Below the pieces are notes generated by a model. That model was not told the origin of the DNA and did no database searches. It saw nothing but the letters and a program-made list of their open reading frames with translations. DNA of 64,000 bases from an uncultured Collinsella sp. Lineage in GTDB: Bacteria; Actinomycetota; Coriobacteriia; Coriobacteriales; Coriobacteriaceae. The DNA lies in NCBI GenBank assembly GCA_900543015.1, contig UQPJ01000001.1, positions 7,283-71,282 on the forward strand. Direction: 5' to 3'. Positions 8,455 through 17,960 of this stretch are shown one piece after another (position 1 is the first letter of the stretch; each line of letters starts with the position of its first letter). The position numbers and the translations under genes were made by a program.

Positions 8455-10485
8455 ATGACCGCACCTGCATCCAAGCTGCTCCAGCCCATTACGGTTGGCC
8501 CCCTTGAGCTCAAGAACCGCATTATGTTCCCGCCGCTCACCACCGGCTACGAGGAGCGCGACGGTTCCATCGGCGAGCGCAGCCTGGCCTTTTACGAGCG
8601 TCTGGCCCGTGGCGGCGTGAGCTACATCGTCATCGGCGACGTCGCTCCCGTTATGACCGCGAGCCCCACGCCCAAGCTGGCGACCGATGCCCAGATCCCC
8701 ACGTTTAAGGCGCTGGCCGACGCCGTCCACAAGCACGGCGCCAAGATCGCCCTGCAGCTGTTCCATCCCGAGTACGACGTGCCCGGCGTCGGCCGCATGG
8801 TCATGGGCTCCATGGCCGCCGCCAAGGCCGCGCAGGAGGCCAAGGCCGCCGGCGACGAGGAGACCTTCGCCGCCAAGATGGCCGAGTCCAACGAGATTCG
8901 CAAGCAGGCCTACGCCAAGCTGCACCACGACATGCAGCACTTTGTGAACGAGGCGAGCGTGGAGCAGCTCACCCAGATCAAGGAGGCCATCGCCGCCTCG
9001 GCCGCTCGCGCACAGCAGGCCGGGATCGACGCCATCGAGGTCCACGGCGACCGTCTGGTGGGCTCGCTGTGCTCGGCTATCCTCAACCAGCGCACCGACG
9101 AGTACGGCGGCTCGTTCGAGAACCGCGTTCGCTACGCGCTGGAGGTCGTCGCCGCCATTAAGGAAGCCGCACCGGAGCTGATGGTGGAGTACAAGCTCCC
9201 CGTGATCATGGAGAACCCCGACGGCACGCCGCGCGGCAAGGGCGGCCTGCAGCCCGATGAGGCCTGCGAGTTTGCCAAGCTGCTCGAGGGCGCGGGCATC
9301 GACATGATCCAGGTCGCGCAGGCCAACCACACCGGCAACATGGGAGACACCATTCCGCCCATGGGCGCCATGCCCTACAACTGGACGCTGCCGGTGGCCG
9401 AGCGCGTCAAGGCCCTGGTCTCCGTGCCGGTGGCAACCGTCGGCCGCGTTGTCTCGGTCGAGGCCGGTGAGAAGATTCTGGAAGACGGCGCGGCCGACAT
9501 CATCGCCTACGGCCGCTCGCTCATGTGCGACCCCGACATTGCGCTGAAGGCCGCCACGGGTGAGCCCATCCGCGAGTGCCTCAACTGCAACAAGGGCTGC
9601 GTCGACGCGATTCAAAACCGCAAATACATCTCGTGCGTGCTCAATGCCGAGAACGGCGACGAGGCGACCATCGCCATTAAGCCGGGCGAGGGCGACAAGA
9701 AGATCGCCGTGGTGGGCGGCGGTATTGCCGGCCTGGAGGCCGCGCGCGTGGCGGCCAAGCGCGGCTACGACGTGACCGTCTATGAGGCGAGCGATCATCT
9801 GGGCGGCCAGATTGTGCTGGCGGCCGCGCCTCCGCGCAAGGATGAGATCATGCGCTCGGTCGAGTACTACGAGAAGATTCTGCCCGGCCTGGGCGTGAAG
9901 GTTGAGCTCAACCATGCCGCTCGCCCCGCGGACCTCAACGCCGCCGACGCCGCGATTGTGGCCGTGGGCGCGCATGACGTGGTCATCCCCGTTCCGGGCG
10001 CCGACTCGGAGAAGGTCGTCTCGAGCTGGGACGTGCTGGCCGGCAAGGTGGAGCTCAGCGGGCGCGTCGCCGTCATTGGCGGTGGCCTGGTGGGTACCGA
10101 GACTGCCGAGTACCTGCTGCAGCACGGCTGCGAGGTGGCGATTGTCGAGATGCTCGACAAGATTGCCGCTGGCGAGTCCGAGACCATTCTGCCGCTGATC
10201 ATGAGCGACTTTGCCGCCCACAACGTGGAACAGCACGTTAAGACCCGCCTGACCGCCATTACCGACGAGGGCGTGGAGGCCGTGCACACCACCGAGGACG
10301 GTGCCGAGGAGCCGGTGAAGATCGCCTGCGATTACGTGGTGATGGCCGTGGGCTCCAAGGCCAACGCGTTTGACCTGGATGGCGTGACGGTGCCCGTGAC
10401 CTGCGTGGGCGACTGCTCGGGCGAGCGCACCGCCGACATCGCGAGCGCCATTCGCACGGCGTATCATGCGGCCAACGAGCTGTAG
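8455..10485 (+). CDS. bilR: Bilirubin reductase, long form (OYE/2,4-dienoyl-CoA-reductase-like FMN/Fe-S/FAD oxidoreductase)
   Basis: TIM-barrel start LKNRIMFPP, EVHGDRL at the OYE active-site position, RTDEYGGSFENR, CLNCNKGC...C Fe-S motif, GGGIAG and GGGLVG Rossmann motifs. Confidence 0.82.
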   Translation: MTAPASKLLQPITVGPLELKNRIMFPPLTTGYEERDGSIGERSLAFYERLARGGVSYIVIGDVAPVMTASPTPKLATDAQIPTFKALADAVHKHGAKIALQLFHPEYDVPGVGRMVMGSMAAAKAAQEAKAAGDEETFAAKMAESNEIRKQAYAKLHHDMQHFVNEASVEQLTQIKEAIAASAARAQQAGIDAIEVHGDRLVGSLCSAILNQRTDEYGGSFENRVRYALEVVAAIKEAAPELMVEYKLPVIMENPDGTPRGKGGLQPDEACEFAKLLEGAGIDMIQVAQANHTGNMGDTIPPMGAMPYNWTLPVAERVKALVSVPVATVGRVVSVEAGEKILEDGAADIIAYGRSLMCDPDIALKAATGEPIRECLNCNKGCVDAIQNRKYISCVLNAENGDEATIAIKPGEGDKKIAVVGGGIAGLEAARVAAKRGYDVTVYEASDHLGGQIVLAAAPPRKDEIMRSVEYYEKILPGLGVKVELNHAARPADLNAADAAIVAVGAHDVVIPVPGADSEKVVSSWDVLAGKVELSGRVAVIGGGLVGTETAEYLLQHGCEVAIVEMLDKIAAGESETILPLIMSDFAAHNVEQHVKTRLTAITDEGVEAVHTTEDGAEEPVKIACDYVVMAVGSKANAFDLDGVTVPVTCVGDCSGERTADIASAIRTAYHAANEL

Positions 10486-10934
10486 TTGAACATCGCGGCC
10501 AGGCGGGGCGGTAGCACGGATCCGCCTCGCCCGGCTGTGTCCCGTCGGGTGTCAACCGGTGCGGGGCCTGCAAGCGCAGCAGGCCCCGCCCTTTTTGTTT
10601 TGCTCCGGTGGATGGCAATGCGCGGTAATCATGAGGAGTAAGGACGTCTACTGCCTTGCCGATTACTCAAAATTATTGGGGGAGGGGTTAATAATCATAT
10701 CCGCTATAGCAAAGGACATAAAGAGGTGTCAATTTTGTTGACAGGCGAATGACGATTGGCTGCGAGTCAGCTACCAGCGTAAATAATCGATAAAGAAATG
10801 TCGTAAATTGGTGCCAAATGCCCAGATAACGCCGCGTCTATTTTAATTAACTGCTTTGAGCAAACAGTAAAATGCTACTATCTAACTTGCACGTAAGAAA
10901 GCAGATTAACGGTTAAGGCTAAGAAGTGGCAGGT

Positions 10935-11330
10935 ATGTCGGAAGCAACTAGGACTCGCACGCATGCGCCCGAGGTTAGGCAGCGCGCCGTCGAGGTCCTC
11001 CAAGAGGGGGTCGGTCATCGCGCCCTCGCCGCGGAGCTTGGCATTCCCCAGGCCACGGCTCGTCAGTGGGCCCGCGCGTATGCCGTGGGCGGTGCCGACG
11101 CCGTTCTCAACGCCGGTTCGCATCATCACACCTATTCGTACGAAGTTAAGCTCGCCGTGGTCAAGGACCGCTTGGAAAACGGCTTAACGGTTCGCGAGGC
11201 CATGATCAAGCACAAGATTCCCAGCGAGTCTTCGGTCAAGGCTTGGTGCCGCCAGTATCGCGAGAGCGGTGAGTCCGCGCTGGTTGATAAGCCGCGCGGT
11301 CGCAAGCCGCGCGTTAAAAAAGCGGAATAG
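10935..11330 (+). CDS. Solitary double helix-turn-helix protein resembling IS3/IS150 OrfA
   Basis: Two HTH repeats (LAAELGIPQATARQW; AMIKHKIPSESSVKAW) and a YSYEVKLAVV motif; no orfB follows. Confidence 0.7.
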   Translation: MSEATRTRTHAPEVRQRAVEVLQEGVGHRALAAELGIPQATARQWARAYAVGGADAVLNAGSHHHTYSYEVKLAVVKDRLENGLTVREAMIKHKIPSESSVKAWCRQYRESGESALVDKPRGRKPRVKKAE

Positions 11331-11340
11331 CGAACGGGAT

Positions 11341-11366
11341 GGTGCGCCCACAGGGGCGCATTTTTC
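11341..11366 (+). terminator. Intrinsic terminator
   Basis: GTGCGCCCC-ACA-GGGGCGCAT followed by TTTT. Confidence 0.7.
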
Positions 11367-11617
11367 TTGCCGCGCCAACTTTTTGGACCGTCGTGAGCCT
11401 ACTGGAACATCCTCCAAAGTGGTTAATAAACCGCGCGCAGTGGCCCGTGCGCCCGCCGCCGCGATAGGGGGAGCGTCGCCTCTCTGCTCCAAAGCGGACA
11501 GACTCCTTACCCCGTACGCCTAAAACTCCCCAGTTGACCGAAAACCCGCCGTCGCTACTCCTCAACTGAGCTATAACGTTAAACAATTGCAGCGTTTTTG
11601 CATGGGGGAGTGATGGT

Positions 11618-14500
11618 ATGACGCTACTGTATTTCCTTACCCTGTTTCCGCTGGTACCGGCGCTGGGCATGCTGCTCGCGCGCGGTGACCGCGCCCGCGA
11701 TGCGGTAGGGCTTGTAGGCTCCGGCATTATTATGGCGGTGACGGTTGTAGTCGCCGTCATGTTTTTTGGCACGGGCCCGCAGAGCTTCGAGGTTGCCCCC
11801 GGCACCTCGCATGTGCTCTCGATCATCAGCTCCGTCATCGACGTGATCCTGTGCGCCGTCATCCTGTACAACGCGCGTAAATATAAGAGCACGCTCACCA
11901 CGGTGCTCGGCGTGGTGCAGCTGGTGGGCTCGCTCACCTTTGCAGCTATGACGCTGCCCGCGACCGAAGCCGTCACGGCAACGCCACTCTACCTTGACTA
12001 CATGAGCGTGATCATGGTGCTTGCCGTCGGCATTGTCGGCAGCCTTATCTGCGTGTACGCCCTGGGCTACATGAAGGACTTCCAGGCCCACGACGAGCAC
12101 GAGGCAGCGCTGCGCGGGCAGACGGCGCCTGACCGACGCCCGCAGTTCCTGGCGCTTATGTTCCTGTTCCTCTCGGCCATGTTCGTCATCGTGACAAGCG
12201 ACAACCTTGAGTGGCTGTTCTGTGGCTGGGAAATCACCACCGTGTGCTCGTTCCTCATGATTGGCTACACGCGCACGCCCGAGGCCATAAAAAACGCTTT
12301 CACCCAGATCATCCTCAACATGCTGGGCGGCATCGCGTTTTTGGCCGGGCTCATGTACCTGCACGTTAACGGCATGCCGCTGACCATCTCGGGCATGATC
12401 GAGCTTTCCGGCGCCGGAACCGCGCAATCCGCGCTGCTGGTGATGCCGGTCGTTCTGCTGTCGCTCGCCGCACTCACCAAGGCCGCGCAGATGCCGTTCC
12501 ACACTTGGCTATTGGGTGCCATGGTTGCCCCCACGCCCACGAGCGCCCTGCTGCACTCGTCAACCATGGTCAAAGCCGGCGTGTTCCTGATGGTCAAGCT
12601 CAGCCCGCTCTATGCCATCTATCCCGTGACTGGCTTTATGGTCACGAGTGTGGGTGCCATCACGTTTTTGCTCGCTGCCCTCATGGCCATCTCGCAGAGC
12701 AACGCCAAACGCGTGCTCGCGTACTCCACCATTTCCAACTTGGGCCTTATCAGCGCCTGCCTAGGCGTCGGCGCGCCCGAGGCCGTGTGGGCCGCGATCT
12801 TCCTGATCCTGTTCCATACGGTGGCAAAGTCGCTGCTGTTCCTGTGCGTGGGCACGGCCGAGCATCATATCGGCAGCCGCAATATCGAGGACATGGACGG
12901 CATGTTCAGCCGCATGCCGCACCTGACGCGTCTGATGATGCTGGGCATCATGGGCATGTTCGTGGCACCGTTTGGCATGCTCGTGTCCAAGTGGGGCGCC
13001 CTGGTGGCGTTCGCGCAGACCGGCAACGTGCTCATGATCATGGTGCTTGCCTTTGGCTCGGCCGCGACGTTCTTCTTCTGGGGCAAGTGGCTTGCCAAGC
13101 TTTCGGGCGTCGACCCCACGGCTCAAAACGTTGAGGTCAATGTCCATAAGACCGAATGGATGGCCCTCAACACCATCGCCGCGCTGCTGATTCTTTGCTG
13201 CGTGGCGTTCCCGCTCATCTCGAGCGGCCTGGTGTCGCCTTACTTGGCCATGGTGTTTGGCCGCGTGCCGTACGTTATTGGCAAGGACTCCATGTATCTG
13301 ATGGTGGTTATCGTGGCTTTTATCGCCGTGGTGCTGCTGACTTCATTCCGCGTGAGCAACAAACCGCACGTCAACGTGTACCTTTCGGGTGTGGGGACCG
13401 ACAAATATCGCCATTTCCGTGGCTCGATGGGACACGAGGTGAAGGCCGAAAAGCGCAATTGGTACTCGGAGGACGCCCTTGGCGAGAAGCGTATTGGCCC
13501 CGCGGGTAGCGTCGTGTGTTGCAGCATTATCTTGTTTGCGCTGCTGTGTTGCGCGTGGATTGGGCCCGAGAGACTTGCCATGAGCGCGCCCTCGGTGCTG
13601 CGCGGTAAGTATTTTGAAGGTTCGGGTGTCGTGGGCATATTTATTGGTACCGTGGCGTTTGCCTTGATTGCGCCGCTTGTGGGAGGCCTGATCGACGGCC
13701 TTGACCGCAAGCTTTCGGCCCGCATGCAGGGCCGTGTGGGCCCGCGCCTGCTGCAACCGTTCTACGACGTTGCCAAGCTGCTGCGCAAGGCCCCTGCCAG
13801 CGTAAACACCATGGACGATACCTATATGGCATGCGCGCTCATCTTCACCGTCGTGGGCGGCGGCATCTTTGTGTCGGGTTCTAACACGCTACTGTGCGCT
13901 TTTATGGTGACGCTCGCCGCGATCTTTGTGGTGCTGGCGTCCGCCTCGACGCAAAGCCCGTTTGCCCAGGTTGGCGCCGACCGCGAGCTGCTGCAGGTCA
14001 TGAGTTACGAGCCCGCCGTTCTGCTGATGAGCGTGGGCCTGTACCTTGCCACCGATAGCTTTGATTCCATCGCCGTGACGGGGCAGTCGGCCCCCATCAT
14101 CGTGTACAGCGCGCCCATTTTCCTCGCGCTGCTCGCGGTGCTTACCATCAAACTGCGCAAGTCGCCGTTCGATCTTTCGTACTCGCATCACGCGCATCAG
14201 GAGATTGTCCAGGGCGTCGCCACCGAGATGAGCGGCGGCACGCTGGCCAAGATGACCCTTATGCACTGGTGCGAGACCGTGCTGTTTTTGATGTGGGTGG
14301 GCATGTTCTTTGTTTGGGACAACCCGGTGAGCTGGGTCGTAGCCCTGGTCGTGATGGCCGCGACGTATTTTGTCGAGGTGCTGATCGACAACACCTTCGC
14401 ACGCAGCACCTGGCGCAGCTGCTTTAAGCTCGGCTGGGGCGTGGCGCTGGTGTTTGGCCTGCTCAACCTTATGCCCATCCTCGTCGACGTGTTTATTTAG
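11618..14500 (+). CDS. Ech hydrogenase membrane subunit: EchA (NuoL/MrpA-like) fused to EchB (NuoH-like)
   Basis: WEITT, KAAQMPFHTWL, MVAPTPTSALLHSSTMVKAG, VLAYSTIS in the N-part; DRKLSARMQGRVGP, KLRKSPFD in the C-part; single uninterrupted ORF. Confidence 0.88.
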   Translation: MTLLYFLTLFPLVPALGMLLARGDRARDAVGLVGSGIIMAVTVVVAVMFFGTGPQSFEVAPGTSHVLSIISSVIDVILCAVILYNARKYKSTLTTVLGVVQLVGSLTFAAMTLPATEAVTATPLYLDYMSVIMVLAVGIVGSLICVYALGYMKDFQAHDEHEAALRGQTAPDRRPQFLALMFLFLSAMFVIVTSDNLEWLFCGWEITTVCSFLMIGYTRTPEAIKNAFTQIILNMLGGIAFLAGLMYLHVNGMPLTISGMIELSGAGTAQSALLVMPVVLLSLAALTKAAQMPFHTWLLGAMVAPTPTSALLHSSTMVKAGVFLMVKLSPLYAIYPVTGFMVTSVGAITFLLAALMAISQSNAKRVLAYSTISNLGLISACLGVGAPEAVWAAIFLILFHTVAKSLLFLCVGTAEHHIGSRNIEDMDGMFSRMPHLTRLMMLGIMGMFVAPFGMLVSKWGALVAFAQTGNVLMIMVLAFGSAATFFFWGKWLAKLSGVDPTAQNVEVNVHKTEWMALNTIAALLILCCVAFPLISSGLVSPYLAMVFGRVPYVIGKDSMYLMVVIVAFIAVVLLTSFRVSNKPHVNVYLSGVGTDKYRHFRGSMGHEVKAEKRNWYSEDALGEKRIGPAGSVVCCSIILFALLCCAWIGPERLAMSAPSVLRGKYFEGSGVVGIFIGTVAFALIAPLVGGLIDGLDRKLSARMQGRVGPRLLQPFYDVAKLLRKAPASVNTMDDTYMACALIFTVVGGGIFVSGSNTLLCAFMVTLAAIFVVLASASTQSPFAQVGADRELLQVMSYEPAVLLMSVGLYLATDSFDSIAVTGQSAPIIVYSAPIFLALLAVLTIKLRKSPFDLSYSHHAHQEIVQGVATEMSGGTLAKMTLMHWCETVLFLMWVGMFFVWDNPVSWVVALVVMAATYFVEVLIDNTFARSTWRSCFKLGWGVALVFGLLNLMPILVDVFI

Positions 14501-14512
14501 GAGGTGGCATCC

Positions 14513-15097
14513 ATGGATCATAAAATGTCGCGCTCACCGTGGGTTATTCATTACGACGGCTCGAGCTGCAACGGATGCGATATCGAGGTGCTGGCCTCGC
14601 TTACCCCACTGTTCGATGCGGAGCGCTTTGGCGTGGTCAACACCGGCAACCCCAAGCATGCGGACATCTTTTTGGTGACGGGGTCGGTCAATGCCCAGAA
14701 CCTGCCCGTCGTGCGTCAGATTTACAACCAGATGCTCGAGCCCAAGTGCGTGGTGGCGTGCGGCATCTGCGCGTGCTCGGGCGGCGTGTTCCGCGATGCC
14801 TACAACGTGATCGGCGGCGTGGACCGCGCGATTCCCGTGGACGTGTACGCGCCCGGGTGCGCCATTCGCCCCGAGACGGTGATCAATGCCATCGTGGAGG
14901 CGTGCGGCATCTTGGACCAGAAGGAGGCCGTGATGCGCGCCGGCGGCGATCCGCTCACCGTGGGCGGCGCCGCCACCTGGGACGGTGGCGTTGAGCTGGG
15001 CGAGGACGGGTTTGTGGCCGCGGCTGAGGCCGGCGACGCGCCCGCCGCTGGCGACGCACCTGCTGGGACACCCGCCGCTGCAAAGGAGGCCGAGTAA
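14513..15097 (+). CDS. echC: Ech hydrogenase small subunit (NuoB-like)
   Basis: SCNGCDIE, GICACSGG, PGCAIRP; AGGAGG RBS before ATG 14513. Confidence 0.9.
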   Translation: MDHKMSRSPWVIHYDGSSCNGCDIEVLASLTPLFDAERFGVVNTGNPKHADIFLVTGSVNAQNLPVVRQIYNQMLEPKCVVACGICACSGGVFRDAYNVIGGVDRAIPVDVYAPGCAIRPETVINAIVEACGILDQKEAVMRAGGDPLTVGGAATWDGGVELGEDGFVAAAEAGDAPAAGDAPAGTPAAAKEAE

Positions 15098-15813
15098 TGC
15101 AAAAGGCTATCTATACCACCGTTGGGATCGACGAGCTCCTGTCGCATGTCCAGGCGCTCAAGGGCGTCGGCGCGCGCTTTGTGCAAATGCACACCGAGCG
15201 CAACGTCGACGACGGCTCGTATCGCTTGGTCTATACGTTTATCAACGTTCACGCTGCTCAGGAACATATTGCGCAGGACGGCAGCTATGCGATCGAGAAT
15301 CTGGTGGTTGAGGGCATCGACCAGTACCAGGAGATTCCGTCCATCAGCTCGTATTACCCCGCGGTGTTCCCATTTGAAAATGAGGCCCACGACCTGTTTG
15401 GTCTTGCCATTACCGATATGCAGATCGACTTTAAGGGCTTTTTCTACCAGGTTTCGACTGCCGAGCCCATGAGCGTTATCACGCCCGAGGTGAAGGCCGC
15501 GCGCGAGAAGGCCATGAAGGTCCGCGCGGCTGCCGAGGCCAAGGCGCGCAAGGCCGCTGCCGAGAAGGCCGCCGCGGCTGCGGCTGCTGCAGGGGAGGGC
15601 GTTGCGGGCGCCGGCGATGCCGCGGGCGCCGCTGCTCAGCCCGCTGCGGCTGCCGGCTCCGATACTCAGCACGATGGGGCTGCTGCGAAGGCGGCGCTCA
15701 AGGCCGCCGAGATGGAGGCAAAGCTCGCCGCCATGGATCCCGAGAAAGCGGCCAAGGTCCGCGCGGCGCTTGCCGCCAAGGCCGCCCGCGACAAGCAGAA
15801 AAAGGAGGCGTAA
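15097..15813 (+). CDS. echD: Ech hydrogenase subunit D (NuoC-like) with Ala/Lys-rich tail
   Basis: IPSISSYYPAVFPFENEAHDLFG, IDFKG; operon position. Confidence 0.85.
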   Translation: MQKAIYTTVGIDELLSHVQALKGVGARFVQMHTERNVDDGSYRLVYTFINVHAAQEHIAQDGSYAIENLVVEGIDQYQEIPSISSYYPAVFPFENEAHDLFGLAITDMQIDFKGFFYQVSTAEPMSVITPEVKAAREKAMKVRAAAEAKARKAAAEKAAAAAAAAGEGVAGAGDAAGAAAQPAAAAGSDTQHDGAAAKAALKAAEMEAKLAAMDPEKAAKVRAALAAKAARDKQKKEA

Positions 15814-15818
15814 GGTCC

Positions 15819-16907
15819 ATGGCACATCGCTCCGTTATTCCGTTTGGCCCGCAGCACCCGGTGCTGCCCGAGCCGCTTCATCTGGACCTGGTGATCGAAG
15901 ACGACCGCGTCATCGAGGCAATTCCGCAGATCGGCTTTGTGCACCGCGGACTCGAGAAGCTCACCGAAAAGCGCGACATGCATCAGTTTTGCTACATCGC
16001 CGAGCGCATCTGCGGCATCTGCGCCGTGGGCCATAGCTGCGGCTACGCCAGCGCCTGCGAGCGTATGCTCGGCATCGAGGTGCCTGGTCGCGTGCAGTAT
16101 ATCCGCACCATTCTGCATGAGCTTTCGCGCATTCATTCGCATCTGCTGTGGTTGGGTCTGCTTGCCGATGCCTTTGGTTTTGAGGCGCTGTTCTATCGTT
16201 CGTGGACCCTGCGCGAGCAGATTCTCAAGATCTTTGAGAGCACTTGCGGCGGCCGCGTGATTTTGTCGATCAACGAAATCGGCGGCCTTAAACACGACAT
16301 TGAGGACTCTGAGCTGGCGGGCATTGTCCAGGCGCTCGATGCCATGCGCCCCGACTACGAGGCCCTGGTGCATACGTTTTTGGACGACAATAGCTGCGGC
16401 GAGCGCCTGCATGGCGTGGGCGTGATCAGCAAGAAGGACGCGCTGGAGCTTTCGATGGTCGGCCCGTTTGGGCGCGCCTCGGGCGTGGACTACGACGTGC
16501 GCATGTTCGGCGACGGTGCCTATGCGGACCTGGCTGCGTTTGAGCCCATCGTTGCTACCGATGGCGATTGCTATGCCCGCTGCCAGGTGCGTTGCGCCGA
16601 GGTCACGCAGGCCATGGACATCATCAAGGAGCTTGTGGGCAAGATTCCGCACGACGGGATCGGCGGGCGCGCCAAGCTTACGCCGGCCGACGGCGCACGC
16701 GGCGAGGTTGTGATTGAGCAGCCGCGCGGCGAGGCGTATTACTATGTGCGCGGCAACGGCACCAAGAACTTGGACCGTTTTCGCGTGCGCACGCCGACGT
16801 CGCAAAATCTGGCGGGTCTGACGCATGCGCTGCAGGGCGTGCTCATTGCCAACGTGCCCATGATTATCCTGACCATCGACCCCTGTATTAGCTGCACGGA
16901 AAGGTAG
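15819..16907 (+). CDS. echE: Ech [NiFe]-hydrogenase large subunit
   Basis: PFGPQHP, HRGLEK, L1 motif ERICGIC, L2 motif DPCISCTER at the extreme C-terminus. Confidence 0.92.
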   Translation: MAHRSVIPFGPQHPVLPEPLHLDLVIEDDRVIEAIPQIGFVHRGLEKLTEKRDMHQFCYIAERICGICAVGHSCGYASACERMLGIEVPGRVQYIRTILHELSRIHSHLLWLGLLADAFGFEALFYRSWTLREQILKIFESTCGGRVILSINEIGGLKHDIEDSELAGIVQALDAMRPDYEALVHTFLDDNSCGERLHGVGVISKKDALELSMVGPFGRASGVDYDVRMFGDGAYADLAAFEPIVATDGDCYARCQVRCAEVTQAMDIIKELVGKIPHDGIGGRAKLTPADGARGEVVIEQPRGEAYYYVRGNGTKNLDRFRVRTPTSQNLAGLTHALQGVLIANVPMIILTIDPCISCTER

Positions 16908-16914
16908 GCGCGGC

Positions 16915-17256
16915 ATGAGTTTGCTGACATTTGCCAAGACGGCCTTGGGTTCTATGGTCAAGCAGCCGGTAACGGTGTGCTATCCGCAGGAGAAGCTCGC
17001 GGCACCCGAGCGCCTGCGCGGGCATATCGTCAACGATATGGACGTGTGCATCTGCTGCGGCATGTGCGCGCGCCGTTGCCCGGCGGGTGCACTTGCGGTC
17101 GATCGCAAGGGCGGAATGTGGTCGATTGACCCGTATGCCTGCGTGGTGTGCGGTGAGTGCATCGAGAGCTGCCCCAAGCACTGCCTGACTATGGACACCG
17201 CCCGCACTCCAGTCGCAGCGGACAAGACTCCCACGGTGGAAACCAAACCGGAATAG
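16915..17256 (+). CDS. echF: Ech hydrogenase 2[4Fe-4S] subunit (NuoI-like)
   Basis: CICCGMCARRCP and CVVCGECIESCP. Confidence 0.9.
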   Translation: MSLLTFAKTALGSMVKQPVTVCYPQEKLAAPERLRGHIVNDMDVCICCGMCARRCPAGALAVDRKGGMWSIDPYACVVCGECIESCPKHCLTMDTARTPVAADKTPTVETKPE

Positions 17257-17330
17257 GGCTGGGATAGGGGCCGATGGGGCAAATGCCCCACCGGCCCCGC
17301 GCTTAAACGAGCGGTGGAGCCGCCGCGAAC

Positions 17331-17482
17331 AAAACTATGCCGGATTACGGGGCTGGATAGCGAACCTCCGACCATACAGAAAATCGCAAAAACAAAACCT
17401 CAGGTAATTAGCCTGCCGTTTTTCAAAAAATGGTGGTATGGATAAGGGCCCCGACATTAGCCCCGTAATCCGGCATAGTTTT
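17331..17482. repeat. Family-A element, 152 bp
   Basis: Perfect 24-bp terminal inverted repeat AAAACTATGCCGGATTACGGGGCT. Confidence 0.93.
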
Positions 17483-17515
17483 GAAATACCACCATATCCG
17501 TAGCATCCCTTGATC

Positions 17516-17785
17516 TCCCGTGGACAGAGGGAAACGGATCATTTTGGCCTTGCGAGGGCTGCCGCGTGACCCGTCTGCCACGAAATGGGCCCATCTACTA
17601 CGTTTAGGCCGCTACCCTCAACCATAACGAACAACGCAAAAACAAAACCGCAGGTAAAATGCCTGCGGTTTTTCATGAAATGCGGCTATGGTCAGGGGTA
17701 TCGGGTCAAACGTAGTAGATGGGCCAGTTTTGAGGCGAGCACCACCAATTGATCCCCCGGGGACGGAGGAAAACGGGTCATTTTT
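17516..17785. repeat. G motif - family-B element - G motif
   Basis: Arms ATCTACTACGTTT (17593-17605) and AAACGTAGTAGAT (17708-17720); GGAC(A/G)GAGG(G/A)AAACGG(A/G)TCATTTT on both sides. Confidence 0.92.
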
Positions 17786-17960
17786 GCCTGATGGCTCGAG
17801 TCGCACCCGTTTTCCTGCGAAAACGCCGTGTCTCAACTTTGGTGAGACATTTGTCTCACGCCCAAAACACAATCTGGAACATGTGTCACCTGCCCTAATT
17901 GTGTCTCATTCCGTAACTTTAGGCTGATGCAAGGTCTGAGACCGCGAGAAGGGAGACGTG

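Noticed and set aside
10926..11523. Active IS3-family element with -1 frameshift at AAAAAAG (11316-11322)
   Set aside because: The A6G run is not in the A-AAA-AAG phase, no DDE orfB follows, and no terminal inverted repeats are evident
11618..17256. Respiratory complex I (nuo) or Ehr-type non-hydrogenase complex
   Set aside because: The large subunit retains both CxxC nickel-binding motifs and the gene set matches ech
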